Shown here in pieces: positions 51,531-64,000 of a stretch of DNA of 64,000 nucleotides. Every line of letters begins with the position of its first letter. Positions within the stretch are counted from its first letter, which is position 1. The translations under genes and the position numbers were made by a program. The DNA comes from Octopus vulgaris (Eukaryota). The DNA is taken from the NCBI GenBank assembly GCA_951406725.2, contig OX597836.1, forward strand, positions 8,990,001-9,054,000. Direction: 5' to 3'. The notes under the pieces were generated by a model that was not told the origin of the DNA, ran no database searches, and saw only the letters and a list, made by a program, of their open reading frames with translations.

Positions 51531-52377
51531 TAAATATACATGTACATGTTGATATAAATTGGCACTCGCCTGTGTATACATCCATCCACCCATCCATCCA
51601 TACATACATACATACATACATACATACATACATACATACATACATACATACATACATACATACATACAGTATGAATTCCCCTTCGGTCTATTATTTCCGG
51701 TCGGAGTTCATAAACAGCCTGGAGACGTATATGCTCCTTACTACGTGAAACTTAAATTCACACCCTTGCGTAGTGTCTCAACTCAAAGAGAAAGTCTTCG
51801 GCGGTGACCTAGCATCCAATTAAAGGTTTTAAGGGACATTATTTTGATCCCTTGTGGAAAAAGAAAATATTGCGTAGCTACACATTTAGTCCTTACCGTA
51901 CTTAAAACCATATTGGAGAAAACAAATTGTGAGCGGGGGGTACGTGTAGGAGACAGCAGGCATTTTATTCGAAAGAAAATAGTGAGCGACATGTCTACAT
52001 ATGGTTATAATAAAGAACACAAGAATATTTTGGGAAATTGCAGCAAAGCACAACAAGCAGTTGTTGTTTACACTCAGCTTTGCTCTTTCATTACGGTCGT
52101 CTCGTCTCGTCTTCTCTCGTCTGCTCTCGTTCTGTCTCGTTGTGTGTCGTCTGCGCCTTTCCTATTTACTTTCGTTCATTTTCATGTGTTTGTTATAGAT
52201 GTTAACACACACATATTTACGCACAGGTACAGAAATATAACTCTAAATACAAATACGCATACATGTACACACACTGGCGCTCTGCTAGATATACAAAAAC
52301 ATTTGCCCATAGCTTTACGTATTTGTAAAGATGCGTTTTTGTGTGTATGTGTGCATGTGTATGCGTGTGTGTGTATG

Positions 52378-52590
52378 TATGAGGGGATGCTGAAAAGTTC
52401 CTGGCTTTGAGTAAAAGAAAATAGAGGAGGATCAGTTAATTATGATTTTATTCAACATATTCCCCTCTCAGATTCATGCATTTATTGCAGTGGTCCTTCA
52501 GTTTTTCTAAGCCCCGTAAAAGAACTCAGAAGGTTGGGCCTCCAGCCTGGCTTTTTGTGAAAAGCCAGAAACTTTTCAGCACCCCTCCTA
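52378..52590 (-). mobile_element. Mariner-derived MITE (~210 bp); related copies at 46824-47020 and 47278-47496
   Basis: TIRs gaggggatgctgaaaagttcctggcttt / aaagccagaaacttttcagcacccctc with TA flanks. The interior retains the transposase C-terminal end (GLRKLKD.CNKC.NLRGEYVE*). Confidence 0.85.
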
Positions 52591-53208
52591 TATATATGTG
52601 TGTGTGTGTGTGTATAAATATGCACATATAATATACATACAGACATACACACACACATATATAAATATATATGTGTATGTGTGTGTGTGTAACCGGCTTC
52701 TTTCTACTTTTTACTAGTGCGCGAATGAATCCAAACTTGTATATACAATAAAAAGAAGCGCAGAGGCTCAGAGAAAACACCATGTGTTTGGATATCCAAC
52801 AAAATGTATTTTGCATTCGATATAGGCTGATTGGGAGAGTCGTAGAGCATCGGACAGAATCTCTGAACCTCTGCGTTTCGCTTTCAAGACAACTTCGTGT
52901 TTTTTATCCGTTCTGGAGGATCGATCACTAAGGTACCATTGCCATACTAGGACCGCTTCTTCTACTTCCTCTTTCTCTCTCTCTCTCTCTCTCTCTCACT
53001 GACACAAACAAACTCTGAATGACTAAATAACAATGTTTCAAACTTGAGAAGGGATTGTCTCTGCAGGATTTTTTTTAATACACAAGTCATGCTGTATGCA
53101 TCGTCGGCACATTTTTAAACCCCATCAGAAGTTAAAGGCTCCACTACCACGTATTTATGTGGATGGAGGGGTGGGAGGGATATAGAGAAGGGAGAGGAGA
53201 GAGAGGGC

Positions 53209-53239
<31 letters not shown>

Positions 53240-53415
53240 ATAGAAATTGTATGGGGAAGAGTACAATTGTGCTGAAAAACAGACCATATCAGATCTGATC
53301 TTTTGGAGACTTCTGTCCCCTCTTAGAGAGAGAGTAGGAGGAAGAGGGAGTGCATGGGGAGGCGCAGATCACTCAACTGAACTGTTATTGGCAGAGACGT
53401 ACAACGGGAAATTGG

Positions 53416-53541
53416 GAAGAAGAAGAAGAAGAAGAAGAAGAAGAAGAAGAAGAAGAAGAAGAAGAAGAAGAAGAAGAAGAAGAAGAAGAAGAAGAAGAAG
53501 AAGAAGAAGAAGAAGAAGAAGAAGAAGAAGAAGAAGAAGAA
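53416..53541. repeat. Pure (GAA)n, about 42 units
   Basis: Direct inspection. Confidence 0.97.
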
Positions 53542-54291
53542 TTGAAGAAGAAGAAGGTAACGCCAGAAATACCGGCAAAGATGAAAGCCCATTTGATGTA
53601 ATTCGCCTGGAATATGCGGACAAATTAGTATGAATAGTTGTACTGATAACCATTGGTGTACCTATTACATATGTGTGTGTGTTTATATATATACATATAT
53701 ACATATATCCATCTATACATATATATACATATATATACACATATACATATATCCATCTATACATATGCATATACATATACATATAGATGCATGTTTATAT
53801 GTATATATGAACATGCATATATACATATATACATACAAACATACATACATACATACATATATACATACATACATGAGTGAACGTTAGCGTACATTCATAC
53901 CGAACGCATGTACTTATGTGTGCGTGTGTCTGAGAGAGTGTGTGTGTGTGTGTGTGTATTAACAAACAGCTTACAGAAATATTAGTCTGTCTTGCATTGC
54001 ACATTCACAAAAGAGTTATTCACGCATACGCGCATGCGCTTCTGTGCGTGCGTGTACATCCGTGTTTCTGCCTGTAATGATACACATACGTGTGTCTGCG
54101 CGTTTGTTAGAGAACATTTGTGCGGTTACCGTGTACTGTTTCATACAAGAACTGTCTTCGTAACTCTAATTTGTCACATTCTTCATCACTATAACTCCCT
54201 CTCTATTTATCTATCTATCTATCGACCGATCAATCAATCGATCTATCTATCCCTATCTCTCTGCCTCTCTCTCTCTCTCTCTCTCTCTCTG

Positions 54292-54349
<58 letters not shown>

Positions 54350-54443
54350 TCTTTCACCTTTTTTCTTTCCGATATACGAGTGTGTGTGTATGTACGTATG
54401 TCGTGTGTGCGCGTATGTGTCTGTATATGTTTGCATATGTGTA

Positions 54444-54481
<38 letters not shown>

Positions 54482-54721
54482 TAGCTTCGCGTAAAGCATT
54501 GGTTCGTTTTGTTCTCTTACTTCATTATCATCTTATAATCATCTCATAATAATGACTTTTATGACTCGTATTACTACCTCAGTCAATCTAAATGTGTATA
54601 TTTGTCACTATCTGTCATAAATAGCCTTTTTCTATTTGCAATGTGCATTTTCGTTGATTTTTCATATTTTACCCTTACCATTCCCCGTGTATTTTATATT
54701 TTCTTTTCGTAACATATTTCT

Positions 54722-54781
<60 letters not shown>

Positions 54782-54978
54782 GAGACTCCCTTCGGTCATG
54801 AATGACCATGGGATTGCACCTACAAAGTTACCCTCCGAGGCACTGATGTTATCCAAGGGAAAGGCAAAGACTAATACAGCTTGGCACCAGTGACATCACA
54901 ACCCATTTCTACAGCTCAAAAACACAACACGCAGCCCGGTCCGGGAATCGAACTCACAACCTCAAGGCCATGCGTCTT

Positions 54979-55010
<32 letters not shown>

Positions 55011-55569
55011 AAATGTATGTCTATTTTTTTCAATGTTTACAAATAACACGAAAAAAAATAAATGAATAGTTACCAGGGTAGCAAAAATTCACACATGTAC
55101 CAAGGATGTAACAGCCTGCTTATAAAGTTAGCAATTCCAGGTTTTGGTGAAATGCTTTTGTATAACATAGATAAATAATTACACTGCATCCGTGTATTTA
55201 CTCTCCGCCATTACGTCAGTATAAAACACAGCAATAGCGATGGTCGGAATACTTCTGATCAAGGACCTACTTGGTCAAGATTGACCTGGGGCTAAATAAC
55301 ATTGATGGTAACAATAACAATAGCAACAACAACAACAGCAGAACGTACCACTTCATTACTACCAACACACCTTTATTATATATAATCAGCACTGCCTCCA
55401 TTAATTCATCTTCGTCTCCTCCTTTATCGTGTAACCTTATCTACGTGGGTCCCTATCGTCTGCTAGAAAATGGCGACTAATGAAAATTCTTTCCTCAAAA
55501 CGACAGCTGTCTCCTAACCCCTACACACTCAAAGTAGTGGCGTTAATAGCAGTGTTGGGGGGTGATGTT

Positions 55570-55915
55570 GATGGTAATGGTGGTAGTAGTGGTGGTGGTG
55601 GTGGTGGTGGTGGTTGTGGTGGTGGTGGTGGTGGTGGTGGTGGTGGTGGTGGTGGTGGTGGTGGTGGTGGTGGTGGTGGTGGTGGTGGTGGTGGTGGTGG
55701 TGGTGGTAGTGGTGGTGGTGGTGGTGGTGGTGGTGGTGGTGGTAGTGGTGGTGGTGGTGGTGGTGGTTGTGGTGGTGGTTGTGGTGGTGGTGGTGGTGGT
55801 AGTGGTGGTAGTGGTTGTAGTGGTGGTAGTGGTGGTAGTGGTGGTAGTGGTGGTGGTGGTGGTGGTAGTGGTGGTGGTGGTGGTGGTGGTGGTGGTGGTG
55901 GTGGTGGTGGTGGTT
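55570..55915. repeat. (GGT)n tract, over 100 units with AGT/TGT interruptions
   Basis: Direct inspection. Confidence 0.97.
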
Positions 55916-56698
55916 GTACACCAGCACAACACAACCATCGTTGTGTGTACGTGTGTGTGTGTGTGTGTGTGCGTGTGTGTGTGTGTGCGTGTGTGTGTGT
56001 ATGTGTGTAACTAGCGTTCATCAGACCTTTTTCTCTGGTCTGTAGTGTGTTCAGATGAATTCATAAGGCATCAGTCATAATACCTACGTGTCATAAGGCA
56101 TCAGTCATAAGGCATCAGTCATAATACCTACGTGTCAGATCGTAGCTAAAGGCTCTAGTCGCCACTGTTCACGAGACAACATCTAAATTCCAAGCTAACT
56201 TGTCGTTGGTTTGATGTTTCCCGTTCTCTAGAGTTACCATGTCTAACTATGTTACTTAGACGTTGTTCTGTCAATACTTGTTCTCTTAAGCGGGTTTGTC
56301 TATCAGCTTGGGGCTTCATATATCCTTCTTTTCTACCCTGGTGTCTCTTGTTCCCTCAAGCAGGCTTGCCTAACTGGTTCAAAGAGAAATTTACTTCTCG
56401 TTGCTCTTGTGTCTCCACGGCATTTCGTTGTCTCCAAGATTGGAGCCTGCTCCATCTTCTTTCTTCTAGTGCTTTCCTTTGCCTTCGACTTGTGGAGCGT
56501 CGGCTTGAGATGATCGAAAAGTATTATGTTGTCTTCCCAACACATTCTACTGAATGTTCGAAAGTAAAATATCTAAAAAAATCAAAATTAAATCCCGTAA
56601 CATTCAATTCATTTTTTGTTATTTCTAAATTCAATCACATGGTTTTATTTCATCCAATCACCAAGTTTCATAAAAATCGGTGCTGTATAATCATACCG

Positions 56699-57005
56699 TG
56701 GAGGCACATGACCTAGTGGTTAGAGCAACGAACTGGCGGTCGAGGGATCGCGGGTTCGAATCTCAGACCGGGCGATGTGTGTATTTATGAGCGAAACACC
56801 TGAGCTTCACGCGGCTCCGGCAGAAGGTAATGGCGAACTTCTGCTGACTCTTTCGCCACAACTTTCTCTCACTCTTTCCTCCTGCATCTTGCAGCTCACC
56901 TGCGACGGACCGGCGTCCCATCCAGGTGGGGAACCTATACGCCAAGGAAACCGGGAAACCGGGAAACCGGCCTTTATGAGCCAGGCATGACTCGAGAAGG
57001 AACAA
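56699..57005 (+). mobile_element. SINE family C
   Basis: Homology to 9673-9983. Confidence 0.9.
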
Positions 57006-57490
57006 GAAGATGATCACATCACAATTATTACCGTCAGCAGCAACAATAACAAGAACGACATCGCTGCTACTAACCTTACCACCACTACTGAAACCATCAT
57101 CACCACGTCACCATCACTACCACCACCACAAACAGCAGCAACAGTACCATTGAGCACTCTTGTCTTCATCCGTCGAGAAGAAGTTTGAATACACTATACA
57201 TCTTATGTGTAAATATGTGTTTGTTTGTGCGGGTGTAGCATTTTCCTATGCGTAGATTGTCTCTATCTCACAGGATGTCGTCAGGAGAAACTCCTCTGTG
57301 AGATAAAGCGAATCTACATATAGTACAGAGATAAACATTATGAATAAGTTATGTAACTCTGCACTGAACACAGTCATTTTAGCTTTTAGCTAACAGTATA
57401 CTGAGTGTCCATATATATATATGTATGTGTATTGTATATATATGTATATATTACGAGCCTGTGGCTATACAAATACATACATAAGCACAT

Positions 57491-57521
<31 letters not shown>

Positions 57522-57553
57522 CACATGCATACACACACACACACACAACACAC

Positions 57554-57586
<33 letters not shown>

Positions 57587-57651
57587 TATATATATATATA
57601 CACACACACACATACACGCACACACGCACACAAACATATACACACACACAC

Positions 57652-57684
<33 letters not shown>

Positions 57685-58244
57685 TATATATACACGCACA
57701 CACACACAACCTTCACCGCCATCATACGCAATTGCAGGCGGGCGCCGGATTGCATCAATCTGTTCATTTGAGAAGTCATTCATATCTCTCCTTCAATATG
57801 GGACTACACCCCTAACCCATTACCAACGACCAACACCACCACCACCGCCCCCACCCCGCCACCGCTGCCACTACCCCCAACACCACCACCACCACCGCTA
57901 CTGCCCACCTACGCACCCACACTGCCACTTCAGTCGAATTCATAAATAGCATTCGCTGTTTAAACTTAGTTCAACGTTGCTATTCTTAGTTGCACTTTCG
58001 TGACCCGAGCACTGGAGCCTCCGCTAGGCTCGGTCTTCGGTGGCAGCACACACATGCATCCATTCATACACACACACACACACATACATACATACGCACA
58101 TACATGTATGTGTATATATACCTATATATAAAGCATATATATACATATTTATACACACACACACGCACATACACAGACATATGTATAAATTTGAGTTGCA
58201 AAAAATAAATGACCATCCCTAAAATACAACAATATATATATATA

Positions 58245-58292
<48 letters not shown>

Positions 58293-58349
58293 CATACATG
58301 TATATGGACACACACACACACACACATACATACACACGCGCGCATACAT

Positions 58350-58416
<67 letters not shown>

Positions 58417-58674
58417 TAGATATATGCATGGTTGTGAAATATTTATGTATATAGCCGTATAATGTATACATATGTATATTGCTAAAAATAAATATATTTA
58501 TCAGATACTCAAACACACATACACACACACACATGTTTGCGTATCTGTTTGCATGTGGATGAGTGTGTGTGTATGGCTGTATATATGTGCGTGCGGGTTT
58601 GTGTATGTGCGTGTGTGTATTTTTAGTTATATATGAATACATAGATATGAACATTTTTAGACACCACATGAGAT

Positions 58675-58755
<81 letters not shown>

Positions 58756-58758
58756 GAG

Positions 58759-58926
58759 AGGTGCAGGCATGGCTGTGTGGCAAGAGGCTTTCTTCTCAAC
58801 CACATAGTTCCGGGTTCAGTCTCACTGTGTGGCACCTTCGGCAAGTGTCTTCTACGATATCCTCGGGCTGACCAAAGTCTTGTGAATGGATTTGGTAGAC
58901 AGAAACTGAAAGAAGCCCGTCGTGTG

Positions 58927-58963
<37 letters not shown>

Positions 58964-59054
58964 CTATGTCTGTGTGTATATTTATGTGTGCGCATTTGTG
59001 TCTGTTTGTTCCCTATCATCGCTTGACAACCGATGTTGATGTGTTTATGTCCCC
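58759..59054 (+). mobile_element. SINE family A, 3' truncated
   Basis: Homology to 41703-42083. Confidence 0.85.
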
Positions 59055-59069
59055 ATATATATATATATA

Positions 59070-59126
<57 letters not shown>

Positions 59127-59277
59127 AATTCATAAATGAGGGCAAAGGAAAAAATTTCTAATGCCAGATATGCCGAAAAATTGGACATATTGTCCATTAA
59201 CCATATCATTTTTTCACAATATGCGCACGCTACTCGAAAAAAGGTGGACAGAAATTTCTAAAAAATTCCATTATTAC

Positions 59278-59334
59278 CATATCGGACCGATTTCAGAGTT
59301 AGCTACTAAGAGCCTTCTCTTCATCAGTGATACA
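59278..59334 (-). ncRNA. Minimal type I hammerhead ribozyme motif (near-intact)
   Basis: Minus strand GUAUCA-CUGAUGA-AGAG-AA-GGCU-CUUAGU-AGCU-AA-CUCU-GAAAU-CG-GUC-CGAUAU. Core boxes are intact with a GUC triplet; one mismatch at the base of stem I. Confidence 0.7.
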
Positions 59335-59394
59335 TGTGGCAAAAGAAATAAATGAGATACTTACTCATACCCATGGAAGAAACTAATACTAAGT

Positions 59395-59454
<60 letters not shown>

Positions 59455-59522
59455 ACATATGGTATAGTTATGAACAGGGCACATTTTAGCCATTTCTCCG
59501 CAGAGTGAAAAAATGATAAACA

Positions 59523-59565
59523 ACCTTGATCGATTTTCGAACCTTATTGAGGTCTCATCAGAGGC
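59523..59565 (-). ncRNA. Minimal hammerhead-like motif
   Basis: Minus strand GCCU-CUGAUGA-GACCU-CAAUA-AGGUU-C-GAAA-AUCGAU-C-A-AGGU. Stem II is present and stem III is palindromic (AUCGAU); extra nucleotides near the core. Confidence 0.55.
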
Positions 59566-59749
59566 GTCAACATCACTTTGACAAACTCCATAGAAACAAG
59601 TAACCAAACTGTTTATATATACTCAACAAACGCAGCAGTTACTCTATGAATCGTTTAACACTTTATAAATACCAGCGGTCTGTCAACGGAGATCTTAGTC
59701 CACAAAATATCAAGGTATGTTATATGTGTGTGTGTGTGTGTGTGTGTGC

Positions 59750-59821
<72 letters not shown>

Positions 59822-60813
59822 CGTGTTTCTTTCGGTTTCCGTCTACAAAATTCACTGGCACTGCTTTGGTCGACCCGTGCCTATAGTTGAATATAACTGT
59901 CCAAAGTTCCACACTAATTTTAGTAGACTTCTTGCGTGTGTGTGTCTTTCTGCTTGTGTTTGTGTTTATAATCCCAGTATCGCTTGATAGTCGGTGTCAG
60001 TTTGTTTACGTCCTCTTATCTTAAATGATACGGCTAAACTAAAAAAGACCGATAGAATAAGTACCGGACTTTGGAGAAACCTTACATATTGGGGTCGACA
60101 AAACTCTTCAAAATATTGTCACAGCATGGCCGCAGTCTGATGATTAAAACAAGTTTTTTTTTTTTTTTTTAAACAAGGATAAAAATGAACCCCTTGCATA
60201 GCCAGAATGTCCTCAAGGGGTCAGTATTGACCATCTTTACGACACTTGATATAAATGAACCTACTCACTTCGATTAACTCCGTCGATTAAACGCATTATT
60301 TCGGATCCTCGTTTACGCCATTTTGTCCTCAAGAAATCCACATTAAAAAAAATCATTTTCTCTCTCTCTTCAAGCATTCACCCTTCAAAATGTTTGTTCT
60401 CTTTCTTTCTTTTTTTTCCTTCCTTCATTCCTTCCTTCCTTCGTTTATTTATTTATTTATTTGTTTGTTTTAAACTTTATTTGCTCTGTATTTTTTTTGG
60501 GGGGGGGGTTGTTTTTTTCGGGTTTTTTTCTCTTCGATGCGGCAAAACAGAATTTGTGAGAGATTTCAGAGGTATTTTATTGTGGCTGTTGTTACTGTTG
60601 TTGTTGTTGTTGCTATATCTTTATCTTAGTGACTAAATTTTTATCCCTAGTAACCCCTATCATCACCGCACCCCCGCCCCGACATCATCCATCAAATGCA
60701 CAAACACACAAACACACACACATACACACGTATATATATATATATATATACATACATATATATATATAGGAAGAGAGAGAGGGACGCATATGTGTAAATA
60801 TATATGTACACAC

Positions 60814-60845
<32 letters not shown>

Positions 60846-60933
60846 GTGTGTATGTGTATATATGTATATATACACTTGAACACGCTTATATACGTACACC
60901 TATGTTTATATATAAATATATATACTGTATGTT

Positions 60934-60968
<35 letters not shown>

Positions 60969-60996
60969 GTATATATATGTGTGTGTGTGTATATAC

Positions 60997-61136
<140 letters not shown>

Positions 61137-61404
61137 GCTCAAAAGAAAAAAATATGCTTTTTCTTGCAAATTTCTGAAAGACAGCTTGCAGCTGCTGGGT
61201 AAGTCGCGGGTGGGGTTGTGGAGCGTGTGGGGGGTGACAGGGAAGTTTAAACATTTCCAAATGTCGCAGGTATGTAAATGATGGCTACAATTCCTGTTTC
61301 TAACACAGGATGTCATATAATGACTGCTCCCCGTTTCTGGTGCCATTTCATACAACACAACAAACAACAACAACAGCAACAACAACAAAAACGACCAAGA
61401 ACCA

Positions 61405-61407
61405 TGG

Positions 61408-61498
<91 letters not shown>

Positions 61499-61950
61499 GG
61501 TGGTGGTGGTGGTGGTGGTGGTGGTGGTGGTTCTGGCGGCGGTGGTCGTGGTGGTGCTGCTGCTGCTTCTGCTGGTCGTCGTCATGACGACAACGATAAC
61601 GACAATGATGATGATGACGATGGCGATGATGATATTGATGATAATTATTCTTTCTACAATGAGTGCGATGATGATGATAATGATTACAATGATGATGATG
61701 ATGATGATGATGACGGTGGAGGTGGTGGTGGTGACGGCGACCACGACGACGACGATAATGATAATGATGATGACGATGATGATGTTGATGATGATGATGA
61801 TATGATGATGGTGATGATGATGGTGATGATGGTGATGATGATGATGGTGATGATGGTGATGATGATGATGATGATGATGATGATGGTGATGATGGTGATG
61901 ATGACGACGACGACAATGATGATGATGATAATGATAATAATAATAATAAT

Positions 61951-61986
<36 letters not shown>

Positions 61987-62060
61987 GACGACAACAACAA
62001 CGACGACGACAATAACAACAAACAGCAGCAGCAACAACAACAACAGCAACAACAGTTATA
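61405..62060. repeat. Compound trinucleotide tract (GAT/GGT/AAT/AAC)
   Basis: Direct inspection. Confidence 0.95.
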
Positions 62061-62229
62061 ACAAAAGCCAGTCTTCTCCACAAAACAAAACAAACTTCAA
62101 AGGGCAACTTTATCAGCCATTTTTGGTTTTTTAACGATTGTCCCATACAGAACGGCGAATTACTTGCATATGTACAATATATATAAAATCCGGTGGCGCG
62201 GGGCAGGAGGACATTGGGCAAATTCTTGT

Positions 62230-62890
62230 TGTTGTTGTTTTTGTTGCTATTTAGCCCCAGGATGGACCTAAACGAACAGACAGGCACTAATCATCAAAAG
62301 CATTTCGGTACAAATCGCTCCCTTCCATCTTTGTTCTTTTTATCTTTTACTTCTTATTTTTTATTGTTGTTTTTTTGTTTGTTTTCAGACCTTAATATAC
62401 CTAGGACTACATTATCCAATGTGCCATTTTATTGAGATAGTAATGTGTGCGTAAAGTCTGATTTGAATTCAGTTTTAGCTATTATTTCCAGCAGTTTGGC
62501 TGTCCCACCCTCCTCCCTCGCTGGAGGGGATTGGTTCATTATTTGACTCGTATTGTCATCGTTGTTGTTGTTATTCTGGTTCTTCTTCTTCTTGTTCTTG
62601 TTGAGGTCGTTGTTTAACCCCAGGATGATTTTCAACAAGCGGACAGGCTCTGATTATCAAAAGCATTCCAGCAAGGAGGAATTTCAACCGTGTTTCGTGG
62701 TCTGCTACCACAACAGCTCCTTTATAGGTTCCAGTTAGCTCAAGACATCATCAGGAGGAATCACGTCCGGTTTCGGTCCCTACTCCTCTACCGTTTTGAC
62801 GTGGCGTACCCCCCCCCCCTTCGGAGGTGTCTTCAGCTTCTGGTGTTGGGTGCGTGTCTTCTTTCTTCTGTTCCCTGGCCGATCCTTGTT

Positions 62891-62934
<44 letters not shown>

Positions 62935-63290
62935 ATTTTTTTGTTTATTTGTTTTCAGACGAAATGTAGCTGGGACTACATTATTCTAATGTGCTATTTT
63001 ATTAAAATGTTAGTATGTGTGTGATTTGAGCTAAGTGTTAGCTATCATTTCCAGCAATTTCATTGACCACGTTATGGTATCCAGTCATTGACGTGTATTG
63101 TCGTTGTTTTTGCGGATGATCTTGTTGTTGCTGTTGTTTAACCCCAGGATGAACCTGAAAGAGCAAACAGAGCCTAATGATCAAACTGCTTTCCAGCAAT
63201 AATTATCCAATCCATTTAATGTTTTCAAACTAAATGCACCTCGGACTACACCTTCTAATGTGCCGTTTTATTGAGATCTTAATGCATGTG
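62230..63290 (+). repeat. Three diverged head-to-tail copies of a ~300-350 bp repeat
   Basis: ttta(g/a)ccccaggatg...atcaaa...ttttca(g/a)ac...ggactaca...aatgtgc..ttttatt recurs at about 62250, 62612 and 63137. Dispersed relatives near 12850, 17238, 18543 and 55250-55300. Confidence 0.75.
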
Positions 63291-63484
63291 TGTATGAGTA
63301 AGGCGGCAAGCTGGCACACTCGTTAGCACGCCGGACACAATTGCTTAACGGCTTTTCGCCTCGACTTTAGGTTCTGCGTTCAAATTCCGCCGAGGTCGAC
63401 ATTGTTTTTCATCCTTTCAGGGTCGCTAAAGTAAGTACCGGTCAAGCACTTGGGTCGATATATGTATATATATATATGTGTGTG

Positions 63485-63570
<86 letters not shown>

Positions 63571-63608
63571 TGTGTATGTATGCATATATACGTATGTATG
63601 TATGTATA

Positions 63609-64000
63609 TCTACAACTGTTCATCGTCATCTTAAACAACTTGGAAAGGCTCCTAAACTTGGAAAATGAGTGCCTCATGAATTGTCCGAAAGCAACCGTAA
63701 ATTCCGAGTTGACATCTGCTCTTCTCTCCATTCTTGCAAACTCATTTCACCATTTTTGGATAGATTTGTGACTGGTGACGAAAAATGGATCTTCTATTGA
63801 AATGTTAAACCTCGTAAACAGTGGCTTGGTAAAAGGGGAAAAGCTCAGCCACAACCGAGAAAAGAACTTCATGGAAAAAAGGTTCTTCTCTCTATCTGGT
63901 GGGATTGCAAAGGAGTAATTCACTTTAAATTGTTACCACCTAATGCATCAATCAATGCTCAAGTCTACTGTCAGCAATTAGAGCGTTTGAACCGAGCTTT
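63609..64000 (+). mobile_element. Mariner transposase pseudogene fragment (runs off window)
   Basis: Translates as [23 protein letters not shown]...[15 protein letters not shown]...LHGKKVLLSIWWDCKGVIHF, i.e. WVPHEL and TGDEKW motifs with in-frame stops. Confidence 0.9.

Noticed and set aside
55125-55222. Very degenerate hammerhead-like arrangement in a TA-flanked insert
   Set aside because: Both core boxes and the cleavage triplet are altered; unsupportable without a family consensus.
56250-56560. Minus-strand E/Q/R-rich fragments (ETQEQRE) reminiscent of Helitron N-terminal repeats
   Set aside because: Too short and disrupted to assign.

Overview
Eukaryotic genomic DNA that is AT-rich and saturated with microsatellites. 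The tRNA-derived SINE families and (TA)n/(CA)n/(CT)n/trinucleotide tracts are typical of an octopus (coleoid cephalopod) genome; this species assignment is an inference. One convincing protein-coding gene is present: a Trunk/PTTH-family (noggin-related) secreted cystine-knot protein, with its main coding exon at 21902-23194 (+). A perfect splice donor at 7577/7578 can join an upstream region to this exon in frame across a 14.3-kb intron. That upstream region is SINE-free and CpG-rich and contains a 933-codon ORF. The rest of the window is repeats: at least five SINE families, a full-length but frameshifted mariner, MITEs, a non-autonomous Helitron, and decayed LINE, gypsy, MULE and maT remnants. 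The least expected signal is a set of roughly eight hammerhead-ribozyme-like motifs, one with an intact core at 14506-14626 (-). Most are carried by short non-coding elements sitting in or beside (TA)n tracts, including the tract inside SINEs. Nearly all other ORFs in the supplied track are microsatellite artefacts. All RNA structures were folded by eye.
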